A stretch of DNA of 64,000 bases, from positions 298,159 to 362,158 of the forward strand of contig NMRA01000391.1 of NCBI GenBank assembly GCA_002633005.1, in the 5' to 3' direction. The position numbers were made by a program, and so were the translations under genes. Within the stretch, counting starts at the first letter, position 1, and each line of letters begins with the position of its first letter. Source of the DNA: Phoronis australis (lineage: Eukaryota > Animalia > Phoronida). Shown here piece after piece: positions 60,968 through 64,000 of the stretch. The notes below the pieces were generated by a model. The model had not been told where the DNA came from. It saw only the letters and a list, made by a program, of their open reading frames with translations, and did no database searches.

Positions 60968-63900
60968 ATAACGTAAATTAAATGGCCACGTTTTCTGATG
61001 ACGGATGCGTTCAACGCAGAAACACCAAGATGTAAAAAATCTTCCCTAGACAAAGTTGTCGTCATAACAGGCTTGCAGACATTCGTGTGCGCCAAGTGTC
61101 GCCGGTCTAACCAGAACAAATCACTACAATATATAATGGAAATTGTGCGTAATATTTCCCAACAAAACAAAATATTTTGTTAGACATAATATCTAACTTA
61201 AACATCAAATATTTATCAATGCTTGGAGCCGATGAATCGTTTCTCTGGCGCGGATTGCTAGACAACAACTGCAACAGTTGTTGTTATCTATGTCAAGGGC
61301 TAATTCACGTTTTGAGCAAATGTACACGCAGTGTGAAAAGGCACTCTCCGCATTACAAAGGCAGAATTAGAGAAGTTGTAGTTTGTTGTTTCCTCGTGTT
61401 ATCAAAGGTGTTTGTTATTGTCTAAACATTTGTTTCCTTAAACATTGTCTGTTGGTAAAATTTTCTCATTCTATTGGAAAAGTCCAAAATTAATGCAGTG
61501 ATGCGCTAATACCATTGCCAAAGGAAGATGCGCACCGCCAACTCAACTGAGAAGCGTGCCCTGAACTGCGGAATAGTCGGTACATGTTCACTTCTCAACG
61601 CCACCCTGAAGGCATCAAATGAAAAGCTTTCACTTGTGTCAAGAGTTTTATTTATATCAGCATTTTTTCCTTTATCCCTAACCGCTAATTACGTGTAAAT
61701 GAAGAAGGAGTCAATGTAAACAAAATGGCCGCCGTCTTCGCGTACGATGTTCAGTGAAACGTTTGCCTGCAGGCGCTACAATGTCGTCTGCCTTCTTATA
61801 TCGTCAACTAATGATTGGCTAAAACCCTTGTTGTTACGAGATTCTATGGATTAAATCTCCACCGACGCCAGACACGACGATGATGGTGTTAAAATCACAA
61901 AAATATATTTGTTTACCTCATGTAAAAACCAGATGGTTTTCGGACGTCTCTATTCCATTGGCCGATGACACGTCTGCCAGGAGGTGACTAACCCCAGGGT
62001 GACGTCATTAGCCCGACAGAAAAACATCGTTTTTGAATTCCAACACGTTTGATTAACAAGAAGAAAGTGCAAATTGCAGGGTATGCTTTTATAAATTGTG
62101 ATTTTTATAACAGCAGTATCCTTGCTTGCACTGTTTAAATTAGCAAAATCACAATGACTTCGGGAAAAATACAACGGCGAAACGAAATTCAAACTTTATG
62201 ATTTTCGTTAAAGAGACAACTCACATTACATCAAAAACAATTTTTGAATTAGGTCGCTACGAGTTGCATTTCGCCCAGTTTAGCTAGCTATGAAAATAGA
62301 GTATAATGAAAATAGAGTATCGAATATATATATAGATCTTTTACATTCGTAAAATCATCTCATTACCTTACCGTGATAGGATTCTATTTCCGTTACCAAC
62401 GAGAAAATCGAGACCATTGGCGACTCAAAAACGCTTCAGAGTTTGTAAATTCGAAAATGGCGCATATGTGCATTGCTTGAATGTGATTTGATTTGCTCAG
62501 CTCATTCGGCAAGTACTCAAGATTGGTTGAGTGTGGTAACTTGATCTTTTTAAGTCCCATAGGACTTCGTTTTAGAATTCAACATAGAGATTTTTAGATT
62601 CTATGAAAACTGTTACGTGTACGTTTACTTAAAAAATCCCGTGATCAATTTTTACGGCATTGCCGTAAGGCGGTAAAAGTAAAAAAAGTTTTATACACAT
62701 AAGATGGGCGACAAACGTAAATTGAAAACTTGTACTTTTTGTTAAGCACCTTGACAATCGAGTTTTGAAATAAAGTCATCTTTAATAAATCGGAGATTCG
62801 ACTTTTGTCAACAATTAAGAAATATTCAGCTAACTCGTTTGTTTCTGACTCTCTGTCAGAATTGACCTCCACTCCAATCACTAAGTGGACTTGATGCCCA
62901 TGGGTCTCGCTCGTTGCACTGTATATGAGTGTGGTACGGCAGCCAACTTTGACTTAGCATGCAGGCCATAAATATTTCTATTATCAAGAAATCTACAAAC
63001 TACTATACAGTGTAGATAACTGTGCTCACGTGCCGTACCGTTTTAGCCAATGAGGTTATCTCATTGGTTATAGCGCTCATTTTTCTCGTCTGCTTTTAAA
63101 GTAAATCAAATGTCAAAGTCGCTTTTGAGGTACAATTAAAAGGATACCAAACCCGGTTTTGGCCTACTAACAGATACTAAAAACAACTTACACATCCAGT
63201 TCTCTGTAACAAAATAATGCTCTGTAATCATCGACAACCCTAAAAGTTTGGAGGAAAATTTTAAAACTCCTTTCAAAGTCTGCTAAATGGGCAAGCGTGA
63301 CGTACACATTTAGCGAATTACACGGCAATTTAGGGAAAAGACCACCCACTAAGAACCGTGATATCCAATTTGTGAAATATGAAGTATGAGTTTTTAGTTG
63401 ATTTCTAGTTTATCCTTTACCTTTCAAGATTGACGTCAATGTTGCGTTAACAGGTGACAGAACGAGGCTTGGTTGAAATCATCGAAACAGGGATTAGTAT
63501 TCTTTTAAAAGTATCGATAGCACACTTTTGATCGAGTAGTGTTGAATGACAGGTAAAAGTAAGAGTAAACGTAAAAATCTTAAGTTCTCTAATGACAACC
63601 AAACAACGGAAAAGTACACCTTTAACTGGCTTTAACTGTATTAGTTGACTTTCCGTAAGTCATGCAGCCTTCACCAGTCCTAGGTCCACGTTTAATGGTT
63701 AACTCATATAAGATATTATTAAAGAAAATAAATGACAGAATGTTTGTGAAACGTCATGAGAGTGAATTTCTGTCACTTTGTGTTTGTTTTGCCAGAAGCA
63801 CCATGATCTTCTATGGTGAATCTAGGCGAATATTCATCTAAACGTTAAGTACTAAAATCTCAAATAAAAGGGAAGATTTCGTAAATTACAGCAAACCATG

Positions 63901-64000
63901 TATTTGTGGTTTTACTTATAAAAAGTGAAGTTCAATATCATTAAAATATGTCGGTGATATGTCATTAGAGCACCATTAAAATATCTAATTTTATTTTAAA

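Noticed and set aside
54148-62881. Short ORFs downstream of Smad6/7 (e.g. 54737, 56138, 60455)
   Set aside because: They overlap MITE-like repeats or lack motifs and splice structure; no third gene is supportable.

Overview
AT-rich, intron-rich animal genomic DNA, probably a marine invertebrate (ambulacrarian-like; this is inference only), with one assembly gap (8405-9050). Two genes lie on the + strand. (1) The 3' two-thirds of a two-pore channel gene of the TPC3 clade (pore motifs TTANDPDVM and VVNQWH): 14 exons from 2190 to the stop at 20788, with the 5' exons upstream of the window. (2) A complete 4-exon inhibitory Smad gene (Smad6/7; 28163-51935, 352 aa) with a 20 kb third intron. The main finding is that the TPC3 domain-II S4 voltage-sensor exon is present as two tandem, diverged 82-nt copies (10319-10400 and 11500-11581). 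Their frames force mutually exclusive use, and three RBFOX TGCATG sites follow the second copy. TPC3 also has a U12-type AT-AC intron just after the second pore filter and a 45-bp tandem repeat that includes its stop codon. Upstream of Smad6/7 is a compact GC-SBE/GTCTAGAC/CACGTG module resembling the mammalian Smad7 feedback element. The rest is MITE-like repeats and non-coding DNA; almost all other ORFs in the track look spurious.
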